This document shows, piece after piece, positions 20,158 through 29,234 of a DNA stretch of 64,000 nt (its first letter is position 1; each line of letters begins with the position of its first letter). Location of the stretch: assembly GCA_038046765.1 (NCBI GenBank), contig JBBSVN010000012.1:1-64000 (forward strand), written 5' to 3'. This DNA comes from Candidatus Micrarchaeota archaeon. GTDB lineage: Archaea; Micrarchaeota; Micrarchaeia; Anstonellales; Bilamarchaeaceae. The notes beneath the pieces were generated by a model. The model did no database searches, was not told where the DNA came from, and saw nothing but the letters and a program-made list of their open reading frames with translations. The position numbers and the translations under genes are program-made.

Positions 20158-20697
20158 TTTCTTCGCTTTCTCCAGCAATCTTACAATTTCGCAAGCTAGT
20201 TTATCTCCTTTTTTGCATAAATAATTCGCATCCTTCTTAGTTCTTTCCTTATCAGAATAAGTAATCGGTCCTTTTTGGGTTAAATTCTTTCGATCAAAAT
20301 CTTTAATCCTGTGAAACCTTATTGGAAATGGATAACCTTGCATGATTTTATTTATTATTTTGCCTCTCCAGTACTTGTTACTTGGTGATTTCCTAGTTAT
20401 TGTTCTACTTAATTTTTCATTAATTATGTTTATTCCCTGTGCATTCCAAATTGTTCTTAAGTAGTATAACGCACTATAAAGACCAAAATAATAGTTTTCA
20501 TTTCCAAGGTAAAGTCTTGCCGCCTTAAAAATTACTAAATGGGGGTTAGTAATATACCAGCCAGCTCTTTCAGTTTCATAAGGAACGTAGTATATTCCCT
20601 TAAACGGAGTTGGAAAAATCCTAAGTTCTCTGGACAGTTTATTTGAATCCGGAATGTCTTTGTGCTTGTAGACTAAACCCGAAATCAAAGGAGTCAT
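20155..20697 (-). CDS. putative AbiEi-like type IV antitoxin
   Basis: KGIYYVP and YFGLYSALYY resemble AbiEi motifs; ATGA-coupled to the AbiEii-like gene. Confidence 0.6.
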   Translation of the reverse strand: MTPLISGLVYKHKDIPDSNKLSRELRIFPTPFKGIYYVPYETERAGWYITNPHLVIFKAARLYLGNENYYFGLYSALYYLRTIWNAQGINIINEKLSRTITRKSPSNKYWRGKIINKIMQGYPFPIRFHRIKDFDRKNLTQKGPITYSDKERTKKDANYLCKKGDKLACEIVRLLEKAKK

Positions 20698-21374
20698 TTT
20701 AGTGCACCTTGAAGTTTTTTTATAAATCTAATTACTAAATCAATTTTGATCTGGTTTCTTAGGTAAGGCGTCATCGCGTCTTCAATCTGTTTCTTATTCG
20801 CTTCAAGAACTCCTAAATTATGGTCTAAACTTACAATGTTATTTTTTATATTTGTCTTAGCTTTTTTAGTTAATTCTAATGTAAAATGATATTTTTGTTC
20901 TATTGAAAATAAGTCGTAAGCATCACGCCCTAATCCAATTCTATCCTCTCTTGTAAAAAAACTAATTAATTTTTCAACAAAAAATTCTTCGATCTTTAAG
21001 GTTTTAACTAAAATACCATCTAATTCTTTGCCATCTGTTCCGTTGTATTTTTCCTCATAATGTAGAATGTCCATCTTTATTGTTGAACCTTGAAAAGATA
21101 TCGTGTACCTAAAGTTTTGTTCTTCCCGATTGACTACGTAACCTTGTTCAATTAGAAAAATAACTACTTCGTCCCTCTTTTCTTTCTTAAAATAAGCAAG
21201 GTCTAAATCCTCCGAATAACGATAATTTAGGTAAAATGCATTTAATGCAGTTCCACCTATAAAAACTAGGTCTAAACCTTTTCCAAACAAAAGTTTCGCG
21301 GTCGCAAGCGCAAATTGGTTCTTTGCCTCCAGTTCTTTCATAATTAGTTTTCTCACATAGGATTTATAAATCAT
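20694..21374 (-). CDS. AbiEii/AbiGii-family nucleotidyltransferase toxin
   Basis: FIGGTAL, RYSEDLD, EKL, RDAYDL. Confidence 0.88.
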   Translation of the reverse strand: MIYKSYVRKLIMKELEAKNQFALATAKLLFGKGLDLVFIGGTALNAFYLNYRYSEDLDLAYFKKEKRDEVVIFLIEQGYVVNREEQNFRYTISFQGSTIKMDILHYEEKYNGTDGKELDGILVKTLKIEEFFVEKLISFFTREDRIGLGRDAYDLFSIEQKYHFTLELTKKAKTNIKNNIVSLDHNLGVLEANKKQIEDAMTPYLRNQIKIDLVIRFIKKLQGALK

Positions 21375-21435
21375 TTCTTCTAGTTGCTATTTTCTAACAA
21401 TGCAGAAAAACGATAAAAATAAGGTCTTTTTGAAC

Positions 21436-21945
21436 TTATCTTGTAAATAATGCGCCCCTTCTGGAAGCGGCTTGATTTATACAAGGCTTAATTCCGCCTC
21501 CACTACTCATTTTACCTATCCCCTCGCTTTTAACTCCGTCACCAGCAAGCGGGTTTTGTATGGTTGCGTCCATTTCTTCAAGTCTTCGTGATGCGGCTGT
21601 TTTTACCGTATAACTCACATCAGCACGACTTAGTAATTCTTCGATCGCATCTCTGTATTGCGGTACTTTAGATGCTGCACGCATCGCTTCTAGCATAATC
21701 CAGTCGCTTAGTCCTTCGCGTCGTAATATATTTGCAACGTCGCCAAGTTCCCATTCGCCTCCATTCTTCCAACGCTTTTCACATGCATGAATTGCTTGAA
21801 TAACATACGATTCTATTAGTCCCTGCATTCGTTCAAATTCTTCTACTTCTTTAGGTAGTGTTATGTAAACATTTACAAGTTTTAGTAAATCATTTTGCGA
21901 ATGAAATCTTTCAATTCTTTCCCTAATCTCATCAATAAGTTTCAT
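21436..21945 (-). CDS. hypothetical protein
   Basis: 169-aa ORF with GGTGA RBS. Confidence 0.6.
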   Translation of the reverse strand: MKLIDEIRERIERFHSQNDLLKLVNVYITLPKEVEEFERMQGLIESYVIQAIHACEKRWKNGGEWELGDVANILRREGLSDWIMLEAMRAASKVPQYRDAIEELLSRADVSYTVKTAASRRLEEMDATIQNPLAGDGVKSEGIGKMSSGGGIKPCINQAASRRGALFTR

Positions 21946-21980
21946 GCGTTCACCAAAAAGTTTCGACTCGCTTGATAAAA

Positions 21981-22091
21981 CTAGCCTAATCTAGCTGCAA
22001 CCGCTTCGATTAAAACAACTGATAAAACAAAAGTAGTAGCTAGGATAAAGGCATATTGTAAATCACGATGCAATTGTTCGTTATCTGCCAT
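21981..22091 (-). CDS. 36-aa single-pass membrane peptide (not in ORF track)
   Basis: MADNEQLHRDLQYAFILATTFVLSVVLIEAVAARLG; TTTATAA box about 25 nt upstream. Confidence 0.45.
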   Translation of the reverse strand: MADNEQLHRDLQYAFILATTFVLSVVLIEAVAARLG

Positions 22092-22134
22092 GTACTTCTA
22101 TCGTTAAGAAAAATTATAAAGAAATGCTTTTATT

Positions 22135-22150
22135 TGTAACTCTAGTTACA
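22135..22150. promoter_or_regulatory. palindromic operator-like site upstream of Cas2-like gene
   Basis: TGTAACT-CT-AGTTACA inverted repeat. Confidence 0.45.
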
Positions 22151-22165
22151 TCTACGTGAAAGAAA

Positions 22166-22399
22166 ATGGATATAGTTTACATTTACGATGTTAAAGCCCC
22201 AAACAAGCGCGAATTCAATCGCGTTAAGCGTATGTTCTACTATTACTTAAACAAACTGGGGTTAAAAGACGCGTTTAGGACTAAAAGCGTTATTGCGGTT
22301 GAACCTAAAAAAGAAAAACTAATGGACGAATTCTTTAAACAGTTTGGAAAGAATATTGAAGTTTACAAAATATACGCACAAAGTATTGAAATGCTTTGA
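22166..22399 (+). CDS. stand-alone Cas2/VapD-like small protein
   Basis: 77 aa; hydrophobic strand ending YDV, basic helix, then KSV, resembling Cas2 YDI...Q.SV. Confidence 0.55.
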   Translation: MDIVYIYDVKAPNKREFNRVKRMFYYYLNKLGLKDAFRTKSVIAVEPKKEKLMDEFFKQFGKNIEVYKIYAQSIEML

Positions 22400-22417
22400 T
22401 AACATGAGCAATACAAT

Positions 22418-22477
22418 GCATTTTGTTAAGTTTAGTTTACAATCTGCATGTATCTTGTAAAGTTTAGTTTACAAAAT
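22418..22477 (+). repeat. 60-bp direct repeat, left copy
   Basis: 57/60 identical to 23718-23777; two 20-bp palindromic units TTGTWAA-GTTTAG-TTTACAA at 32-bp period. Confidence 0.9.
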
Positions 22478-22491
22478 GTATAAATTAGGCA

Positions 22492-23682
22492 CTAATACAA
22501 AAATCCTATTAGATACAACGGAATTATTCTGTCTGCGATAATTACCGCATCTTTTACAATAAAATCAGGGTTCTGATAAAATGATTTGCCCTCCCCACCA
22601 ATCTCCAGTACCTTGCCTGCTAAAAGAAAATCTGCAGTTATTTCTCCTCTTCCTCCTTTTAAGTAGCAAGTTTCTAGTACGTGATTTACAAAAAATTCTT
22701 CTCTAAGTGATCCGACATCGGATTTTTTTGAGAGTATATAATTAAAATATTCTCTAAATGGAAACGCAAGGTAGAGCTTTGGCTCCTTACGAACTAGGTC
22801 TTTACCGCAAGGAAGCGTTCTTTTAATTACGCCTATTTTTACCAAATCTTCGATTATCTTAATTACAGTTGGTTTTGAAATTCCTAACTTTGAAGAGAGG
22901 CTAGAGTAATTTACTTCCCCTGCGGGAGATATCGCAACCCACTCGAGAAGTCGGTAAATATTATTCTCCATATCCAGGTCAACAGAACGTAAATACTCTA
23001 AATCCGCATGAATTATTTTTTCAAGTGCATTTTCAAGAGATTTATAGAAGTAATTTTGGTCTTCGCTTGGGTACATTAACCCACCTGATTTGTAGTAATC
23101 TTGTAATAAACTATGAAACTTTGAAGTCTCAACGATTATTTTTTTTAATTTTTCACTATTAAAAAGATCAGTAGCAGCTATTGAATTTAACTCCGGAAAA
23201 CCTTTTTTTATTATCAGGTACTCCCTAAAAGAAAGAGGCTCAAGATGATAAATTATTGCCCGTCTTGATAAATCCGCACCCTTTTTTATCTCGATTGCAG
23301 AAGAACCTGAAAAGAAAATTCTTACTTCTTTTTCATCATATATTGTTTTAATATCTTGTTGCCAGTCTTTTTTGTAATGAATTTCATCAATGAATATATT
23401 TTTGTATCCTTTAGCTATTGCAATTTTTACTACTCCATAAGTCGTTTCACTTCTTAGGTTTGAAGAATCTGCTGAAAAATAAAGGCTGTTTTCGCTTTCG
23501 TTAGCTAATTGTAGCAGCATTGTTGTTTTACCAATACCTCTTAGTCCGCTTATACCTGTAAAATATCCCTTTGGGGTATTTTTGATCTCTTCGTATAAAT
23601 ATCTTTTTTTAGTAAATGCCAGTACTTCTTTCTTTCTTGTTTCGCTATTTATTTCTAGTTCCGAGAATATGTTTTCTTCCAT
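22492..23682 (-). CDS. COG1373-type AAA+ ATPase (AAA_14 with DUF4143-like C-terminus)
   Basis: GLRGIGKTT, IFIDEIH, SGSS, LSFREYL, HTH-like segment, PKLYL, ADF..EIG nuclease-like tail. Confidence 0.88.
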   Translation of the reverse strand: MEENIFSELEINSETRKKEVLAFTKKRYLYEEIKNTPKGYFTGISGLRGIGKTTMLLQLANESENSLYFSADSSNLRSETTYGVVKIAIAKGYKNIFIDEIHYKKDWQQDIKTIYDEKEVRIFFSGSSAIEIKKGADLSRRAIIYHLEPLSFREYLIIKKGFPELNSIAATDLFNSEKLKKIIVETSKFHSLLQDYYKSGGLMYPSEDQNYFYKSLENALEKIIHADLEYLRSVDLDMENNIYRLLEWVAISPAGEVNYSSLSSKLGISKPTVIKIIEDLVKIGVIKRTLPCGKDLVRKEPKLYLAFPFREYFNYILSKKSDVGSLREEFFVNHVLETCYLKGGRGEITADFLLAGKVLEIGGEGKSFYQNPDFIVKDAVIIADRIIPLYLIGFLY

Positions 23683-23717
23683 AACTAAGATTACATTGAT
23701 TTATTTTAAAAATCTTC

Positions 23718-23777
23718 GCATTTTGTCAATTCTAGTTTACAATCTGCATGTATCTTGTAAAGTTTAGTTTACAAAAT
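23718..23777 (+). repeat. 60-bp direct repeat, right copy
   Basis: exactly 1300 bp after the left copy; 35 bp upstream of the ATPase start. Confidence 0.9.
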
Positions 23778-23843
23778 ATTTCTCTTTTAAGAAGTTGTTT
23801 AAGAAAGGTAATCTTTAAATTCACCAAACAAGTTTACTATTTT

Positions 23844-24422
23844 ATGCTCGATTTCGTTTTAATTCTCCAACTATTTGTTCTTCTAAATCCGATTACTTCA
23901 TTTTCTGTATTAATGGACGCATACAAAAAGAAAATGAATGTTAAGAAAATCGCTATAAACGCAGTCTTACTTGCGTTTGCAATCGCAATCATTATGGTAT
24001 TTGTGGGTCCTCTTCTATTTACTGCATTTGGAGTAACTTTAGATTCATTTAAAGTTGCGGGCGGTGTTGTCCTATTTCTCTTGGGTTTAGATACAATACG
24101 CCACACAAAACATAGCGAAGAGGAAGTAAATGAAGTAGATGGACTAATCTCAATTATCGCAACTCCACTACTAACCGGACCAGCTACGATTTCTTTTATT
24201 ACGATTAAAACATACGAATTAGGTCAGATGCCCGTTGTTTTAAATCTTATTGCGACGTTCGTAATGATTATGGCTATTTTTGTAATATTTTCATCAGTAA
24301 TCTCAAAAATAAATACCAAAATACTTAGTATAAGTTCTAAGATATTTGGTTTGTTTTTAACTGCGATGGCAATTGACATGATGGCAAAAGGGCTAAGTGT
24401 CCTATTGCTTGGAGCAAAATAA
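23844..24422 (+). CDS. MarC family membrane protein
   Basis: LNPI, FKVAGG, TPLLTGPATI, FGLFL.AMA; probable ATG 23844. Confidence 0.88.
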   Translation: MLDFVLILQLFVLLNPITSFSVLMDAYKKKMNVKKIAINAVLLAFAIAIIMVFVGPLLFTAFGVTLDSFKVAGGVVLFLLGLDTIRHTKHSEEEVNEVDGLISIIATPLLTGPATISFITIKTYELGQMPVVLNLIATFVMIMAIFVIFSSVISKINTKILSISSKIFGLFLTAMAIDMMAKGLSVLLLGAK

Positions 24423-24466
24423 TTTCGTGACTATTCTTTATATACTGTTTTAATTAAACTATTTTC

Positions 24467-25465
24467 ATGGTTCAAATGCTTGCACGCTTAGTTGTAGAAA
24501 AAGAACATAAATTAGCACCAATTATACGCGCCCATCCTCTGCTTAGGTGTTTACCTTATAATCAGGCAGTTTATGTCGCAAAACTAATAGGGGAGTTAAC
24601 CGACAGGCAGAATATTCTTGATACAATTAAGATTCCTCAATTATTTACCTCTCGGGAACAAGTTAAGCGAGAATTAAATTTTGCGTTTGAATTTCCTAAT
24701 GATTACAATATTCGTAAATTTATCGAAGCTGCGATGCCAAGATGTCAAGAAGTTCGAGGCTATTTTGACCTTACTAAAGACCAAATTCGAACAATATCCT
24801 CTAAAATTAAGTGCGGAAAAACTTGCGCTTCCATGAATCTTCTATTAACTTCGATACTACAAGATAATGGTTTAGTTTTGCATAGCTATGCTACGTTGTC
24901 CTATGCTGGAAAACCGATCATTGTCACTGTAGAAGCAGAGGTCTTATCTACATTTGGAGAGCCACACATGCCATTTGGGTATTTACTTGACCCTTCGAAT
25001 TATTTTGCATACGATGCTAAAAGTAAAGCGTCAGTAATGCCGCACTTAGGCTGGGCAGAATCAAACTGTTTTTTTGCTTTTGCAGCCAAAACCACAGGCG
25101 AAACTAATAATCTTATTCAGCATGAACTAGATCACGTTTTAGGGATAAGATTAGGGCTTAAATTTGAAAATGTAGAATATAGCGCCCAATTATCTGAAGG
25201 CATTTTTGGCGACCTTTATCTTTTAACAAATCGTTTAGGTATGGTCTATCCTTATGTTACAAGTTTAGACCCACATCATATTGCTGATATAAAAATACTT
25301 GATGAAATTTACGATCAATTTGGATCAGATGTTTTTTATTTCCCATATTTATACGGCGGACCAGATATAAGATCCTTTTTACATGAACGATTAAATTCGG
25401 TTTATTCTCAAGCTAGTGCTATGACTTATGATGAACTTATTGAACCTTTTAAATCTCTCCAATAA
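24467..25465 (+). CDS. putative HExxH metalloprotein
   Basis: QHELDH...EYSAQL; C-terminus TYDELIEPF. Confidence 0.55.
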   Translation: MVQMLARLVVEKEHKLAPIIRAHPLLRCLPYNQAVYVAKLIGELTDRQNILDTIKIPQLFTSREQVKRELNFAFEFPNDYNIRKFIEAAMPRCQEVRGYFDLTKDQIRTISSKIKCGKTCASMNLLLTSILQDNGLVLHSYATLSYAGKPIIVTVEAEVLSTFGEPHMPFGYLLDPSNYFAYDAKSKASVMPHLGWAESNCFFAFAAKTTGETNNLIQHELDHVLGIRLGLKFENVEYSAQLSEGIFGDLYLLTNRLGMVYPYVTSLDPHHIADIKILDEIYDQFGSDVFYFPYLYGGPDIRSFLHERLNSVYSQASAMTYDELIEPFKSLQ

Positions 25466-25547
25466 TCTTAAGGTAAAAGCCATTTAAACCTTAAGTGCGT
25501 AAGCAAAAATAGCTAATTTTAAGTAAATCTTTTAAGAGGTAATTTTT

Positions 25548-27200
25548 ATGACTACACCAAGCGAACTTACCGAAGAAGAAAAGAAAGTTCTAACTCCGTT
25601 TATGACAAATACTGACAAAAATATATTTGTCCTAATTAACCTTCCCGAAGTCGTAAAAGGAGCGATGTTTTCTAGATATTCTAGGAGTACAAAAAGTTTA
25701 AGACGCGTTCTACTTGATGAGTTTATTCTCAAACCTGAAACTGGATTTAAAGAAATAGTTAATATGCAAGAAACGAAGAATACTGGCGCGAATCAGTTTG
25801 TTGCGATTAAAAAAGCCGAAGAGTTTTATGATCGAGTTTTAGTTGGTTATGGCGATGATTCGGTTGCTGAACTAGCTGGTGCACATGTTGCAATCGAAGA
25901 TGTTTCAATTATCGCTACTAAATTTTTAGAAGATTCGCGTATTGGATTATCGCCATTAGAAAAATCAACTCGTTATGTTTACTTCGATCAGAAAAGAAAC
26001 GGAAAATGGTTATATTTAGAAGAACAAAAAATTATGGCTAGTGAGTTTGCATCTTTGTACAAAGAAACTTGCGATATGCTATTTCAAATGTATGCCGATT
26101 TGATCCCAAAAATATCTGATTACATTACAAAAAAATATCCAAAAGAAGCCGGAGTTAGCGACCGCGCTTATGCTTCAACTGTTCGAGCGAAAGTTTGCGA
26201 CATTATTCGTGGGTTACTTCCCGCTTCAACAATTACAAACATGGGATTCTTTGGTGATGGGCGAGCGTATGAATATCTTTTAACTAAACTTTATGCTAAT
26301 GAACTAAGCGAAGCTAAAACAATTGCAAGCACGCTTGGCGACGAACTAAAAAAAGTAATTCCTAGTTTTGTTAAACGGGCAGAAGAAAAATATGGACGAG
26401 AACAACAAGCTTATTTGGCTGGAATTGAATCCAAGATGTTTGAAATTTCTAAAAAGTATGAAAACGTAAATACAAACCATGTTGGTGCTGTTTCAGTCCC
26501 ACATTCAGTTAAACTAGTCGAATACGAACAGAACGCAGAAACTAAAGTTGTTGAATATATTTTGTATTCGTATCTATCTCTTTCGATCGAACAAATTAGA
26601 GAAATAGTTCAGAAAATGTCTAGCGAAGAAAAATCTGATCTAATTAATAAATATGCTGGGACTCGTGCTAATCGAAGACATAAACCAGGCAGAGCCTTAG
26701 AAAATATTTTCTATACCTTTGATGTTTTAGCAAACTATGGTGCATTTAGAGATTTGCATCGGCACCGGATTTTGACGCAACAACGCCAGCTTTTATCCTG
26801 CGATCATGGCTACACAATGCCAAAAGAAATTATTGAAGCAGGTTTTGAAAAAGAATTTAGAACAGCGATGGAAAAGGCTAAAACTGCGTACGATAAAATT
26901 GCAAAAGTTATGCCACAAGAAGCGCAATATGTTGTCCCGCTCGCCTACAATATTCGTTATTACATGAAAATGAACCTAAGAGAAGCAATTCATTTCTGTG
27001 AACTTAGAAGCATGGCGCAGGGGCATATTGATTATCGATTAGTTGCACAAGATACTTACAAAGAAATTGCAAAAATTCATCCGATATTCGCAAACTACTT
27101 TAACTTTATGGACATGAAAGAGTATGGCTTAGAAAGACTTGAAGCTGAAAAGAAAATTGATAAGAAACTTGAGGAGATTGATAAGAAGTATGCGAATTAG
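25548..27200 (+). CDS. thyX: FAD-dependent thymidylate synthase, tandem-domain ThyX
   Basis: YGDDSVAEL, LEKSTRY, DLHRHR, NLRE..H..ELR..QGH. Confidence 0.9.
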   Translation: MTTPSELTEEEKKVLTPFMTNTDKNIFVLINLPEVVKGAMFSRYSRSTKSLRRVLLDEFILKPETGFKEIVNMQETKNTGANQFVAIKKAEEFYDRVLVGYGDDSVAELAGAHVAIEDVSIIATKFLEDSRIGLSPLEKSTRYVYFDQKRNGKWLYLEEQKIMASEFASLYKETCDMLFQMYADLIPKISDYITKKYPKEAGVSDRAYASTVRAKVCDIIRGLLPASTITNMGFFGDGRAYEYLLTKLYANELSEAKTIASTLGDELKKVIPSFVKRAEEKYGREQQAYLAGIESKMFEISKKYENVNTNHVGAVSVPHSVKLVEYEQNAETKVVEYILYSYLSLSIEQIREIVQKMSSEEKSDLINKYAGTRANRRHKPGRALENIFYTFDVLANYGAFRDLHRHRILTQQRQLLSCDHGYTMPKEIIEAGFEKEFRTAMEKAKTAYDKIAKVMPQEAQYVVPLAYNIRYYMKMNLREAIHFCELRSMAQGHIDYRLVAQDTYKEIAKIHPIFANYFNFMDMKEYGLERLEAEKKIDKKLEEIDKKYAN

Positions 27201-27203
27201 CCT

Positions 27204-27644
27204 TTATTCAAACGGATTTGTTGCCTTTATTAATGGAACTTTTTTGAAATCAGCTAAGTTTTCCGTATATATTTCATGAACTCCATTTTCAATCATATCT
27301 GCCGCGATTAAAGCATCCCAATAGTGGATTCCATACTCTTTATTTATGGTCATTGCCAAAAGAAGTGATTTTGATGTCGGGATTATCTTACGAAATGAAT
27401 TTAATACGAAAATTTTTTCACAAATTCTACTTGCTTCTTCCAAAGGAAGTGGTTTTTGGATTTTTGTAGTTACGATATTATAAAATTCAGAAATATTTTG
27501 AAAAGAAACGGAAAAACTTTGTTTTCCTTCGATGCAATCGTTAAGTAATATTTTTGCTTTTTTATGTTTGTCACCCTCAGATGTATCAAAAGCATAAACA
27601 AGGATATTTGAATCTAGCAATCTATTTTCTTGCATGCAGTTCAT
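27204..27644 (-). CDS. vapC: PIN-domain toxin (VapC family)
   Basis: LDSNILVYA, SEF, YWDALI, YTEN..DF. Confidence 0.88.
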   Translation of the reverse strand: MNCMQENRLLDSNILVYAFDTSEGDKHKKAKILLNDCIEGKQSFSVSFQNISEFYNIVTTKIQKPLPLEEASRICEKIFVLNSFRKIIPTSKSLLLAMTINKEYGIHYWDALIAADMIENGVHEIYTENLADFKKVPLIKATNPFE

Positions 27645-27864
27645 CCCTAGTTTTATAAGTTATTTTGCCCATGTCGTAGCCTTTATTTAATATTTCTTTT
27701 AATTCTTTTGCAGTATCTTCTTGTTTTTTAGTTTCGATCCATAATTCCATCGCTTCAGTTATTGCCTTACTTAAAGTACCCTTTCCCTTGCCTATATGTT
27801 CTTCTACTTCTTCTCTGAAAATTCGATCAACATCATCGTTTATGCTTATTGTTATTGTTGCCAT
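27622..27864 (-). CDS. RHH-type antitoxin (VapB-like)
   Basis: N-terminal beta strand ATITISI, two helices, RDELH tail; overlaps the PIN gene. Confidence 0.75.
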   Translation of the reverse strand: MATITISINDDVDRIFREEVEEHIGKGKGTLSKAITEAMELWIETKKQEDTAKELKEILNKGYDMGKITYKTRDELHARK

Positions 27865-27923
27865 TATCTATTTAGATAGCCTATTTATTTAAATGTTTGT
27901 ATTTTATATTTAGAACTAGAATA

Positions 27924-29168
27924 CTACACTAAAAATGGTTCTACTATCTGATCAAAAGTCAAACCAATTCGTGAACCGCCGGTTAGTCTTGCATATTCTT
28001 CATTCATGAGTTTTTTTGCAAAATTCTGGATTCTTTGACCTTCTGGTCTTTTCGATAGTTCTTTTGTTAATCTTACATTCGCGTAATAATGTGCTTTGAT
28101 TGATTCGATATAATCCCTTTCTTCTGGGTCTTCTTCAACTTCTTTTACCAAATCTTTGTTCATATCCCCCCATTCTTCGGTTATTTCTTTTGCATCCCGA
28201 GAACTTTCCGCATCAATTAGTTGTCTTAATTTAGCTAGGTATTCAATTCTTGAGATGTTAAATGGATTTATAATGCCTGATATGCCATCGAAACCGTGCT
28301 GTAATTCATGGCTCGTAACTGTTGTTGCTTTTGTGTCTCCTATCCATAACATTAAGTTACTAAGATAAAACCGGCCGTGAAATCCAGTTTGCCTTAAAAC
28401 TACTTCAGGCAAATCTCCAAAAAGTTTTAGGTTGCCATAACTTGAAACGTGATCAAACGGAATTAGAATTAATTGTCCAGTGGCTAACTTTGAGCGAGAA
28501 CAAAAGAAATATCTTTCAAGTAGTTTGTCTGCAAAAATCTCAAGTTCATAAAGCATTTTAGAATCTACTGTCTTCCATAAGTTTTGAAAAGCCTTTAAAA
28601 TTCTAAAGTCATTTTGAGTTAGAATTCCCTCGGTTGCAGTTCTTATATAATAGCTTAAATCCTGCCGATCAAAGACATTATCCCGGAGCTTGAAAATTTT
28701 ACATGTTAAAATTGCACTTTCCATTAAGAAAGAGTCATAATCAAATGTGCCTGATTCTGTTTTCATCGAATGATAAACTAAATTTAATAAGTGAGTTAAG
28801 GCTTCGAGCTTATGCTCGGCATATATCATTCTATATTTTCTGTCTTCTAATAGTTCTATCAATCCTTTTCTTTGCTCTACTAATTCAGTTGGTGCACTTC
28901 TCCAGTCTACTTTAGATTTTTGAGCAAATACTTTTGTAGTAGTATCAAATTCATGAATACTTGGTACAGTTCTTAGAAAACGTGCGTATTTTTCTCTTTG
29001 ACTTGATCTTGAAAGGATTCTGTCCCTCAAATCCTGAGCGTATGTTTCATTATCAACTTCTATTGGAGCTAATCCTGCTGCAAGTCTTTCTGCAAGTACA
29101 GGTGGCAAAGTAGGTCTAAGTTTAACTAAGGTTTTTCTTTGTTCTACTGCCAATAATGCTTTTTTCAT
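27924..29168 (-). CDS. putative HExxH metalloprotein
   Basis: SHELQH...EYLAKL; C-terminus TFDQIVEPF. Confidence 0.55.
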   Translation of the reverse strand: MKKALLAVEQRKTLVKLRPTLPPVLAERLAAGLAPIEVDNETYAQDLRDRILSRSSQREKYARFLRTVPSIHEFDTTTKVFAQKSKVDWRSAPTELVEQRKGLIELLEDRKYRMIYAEHKLEALTHLLNLVYHSMKTESGTFDYDSFLMESAILTCKIFKLRDNVFDRQDLSYYIRTATEGILTQNDFRILKAFQNLWKTVDSKMLYELEIFADKLLERYFFCSRSKLATGQLILIPFDHVSSYGNLKLFGDLPEVVLRQTGFHGRFYLSNLMLWIGDTKATTVTSHELQHGFDGISGIINPFNISRIEYLAKLRQLIDAESSRDAKEITEEWGDMNKDLVKEVEEDPEERDYIESIKAHYYANVRLTKELSKRPEGQRIQNFAKKLMNEEYARLTGGSRIGLTFDQIVEPFLV

Positions 29169-29234
29169 TATTATAAATGGCCTAGAACTCCTTTTAAATG
29201 TTTCTATTTATGGTAAAGATTGTAAATCCTAGAC

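Noticed and set aside
22418..22477. Mini CRISPR array next to the Cas2-like gene
   Set aside because: Only two 20-bp units with a 12-bp gap that is identical in the second copy; no variable spacers and no cas1
22418..23777. Canonical integron attC sites
   Set aside because: No RYYYAAC/GTTRRRY end boxes recognised and no integrase in the window; kept only as generic recombinase-like repeats
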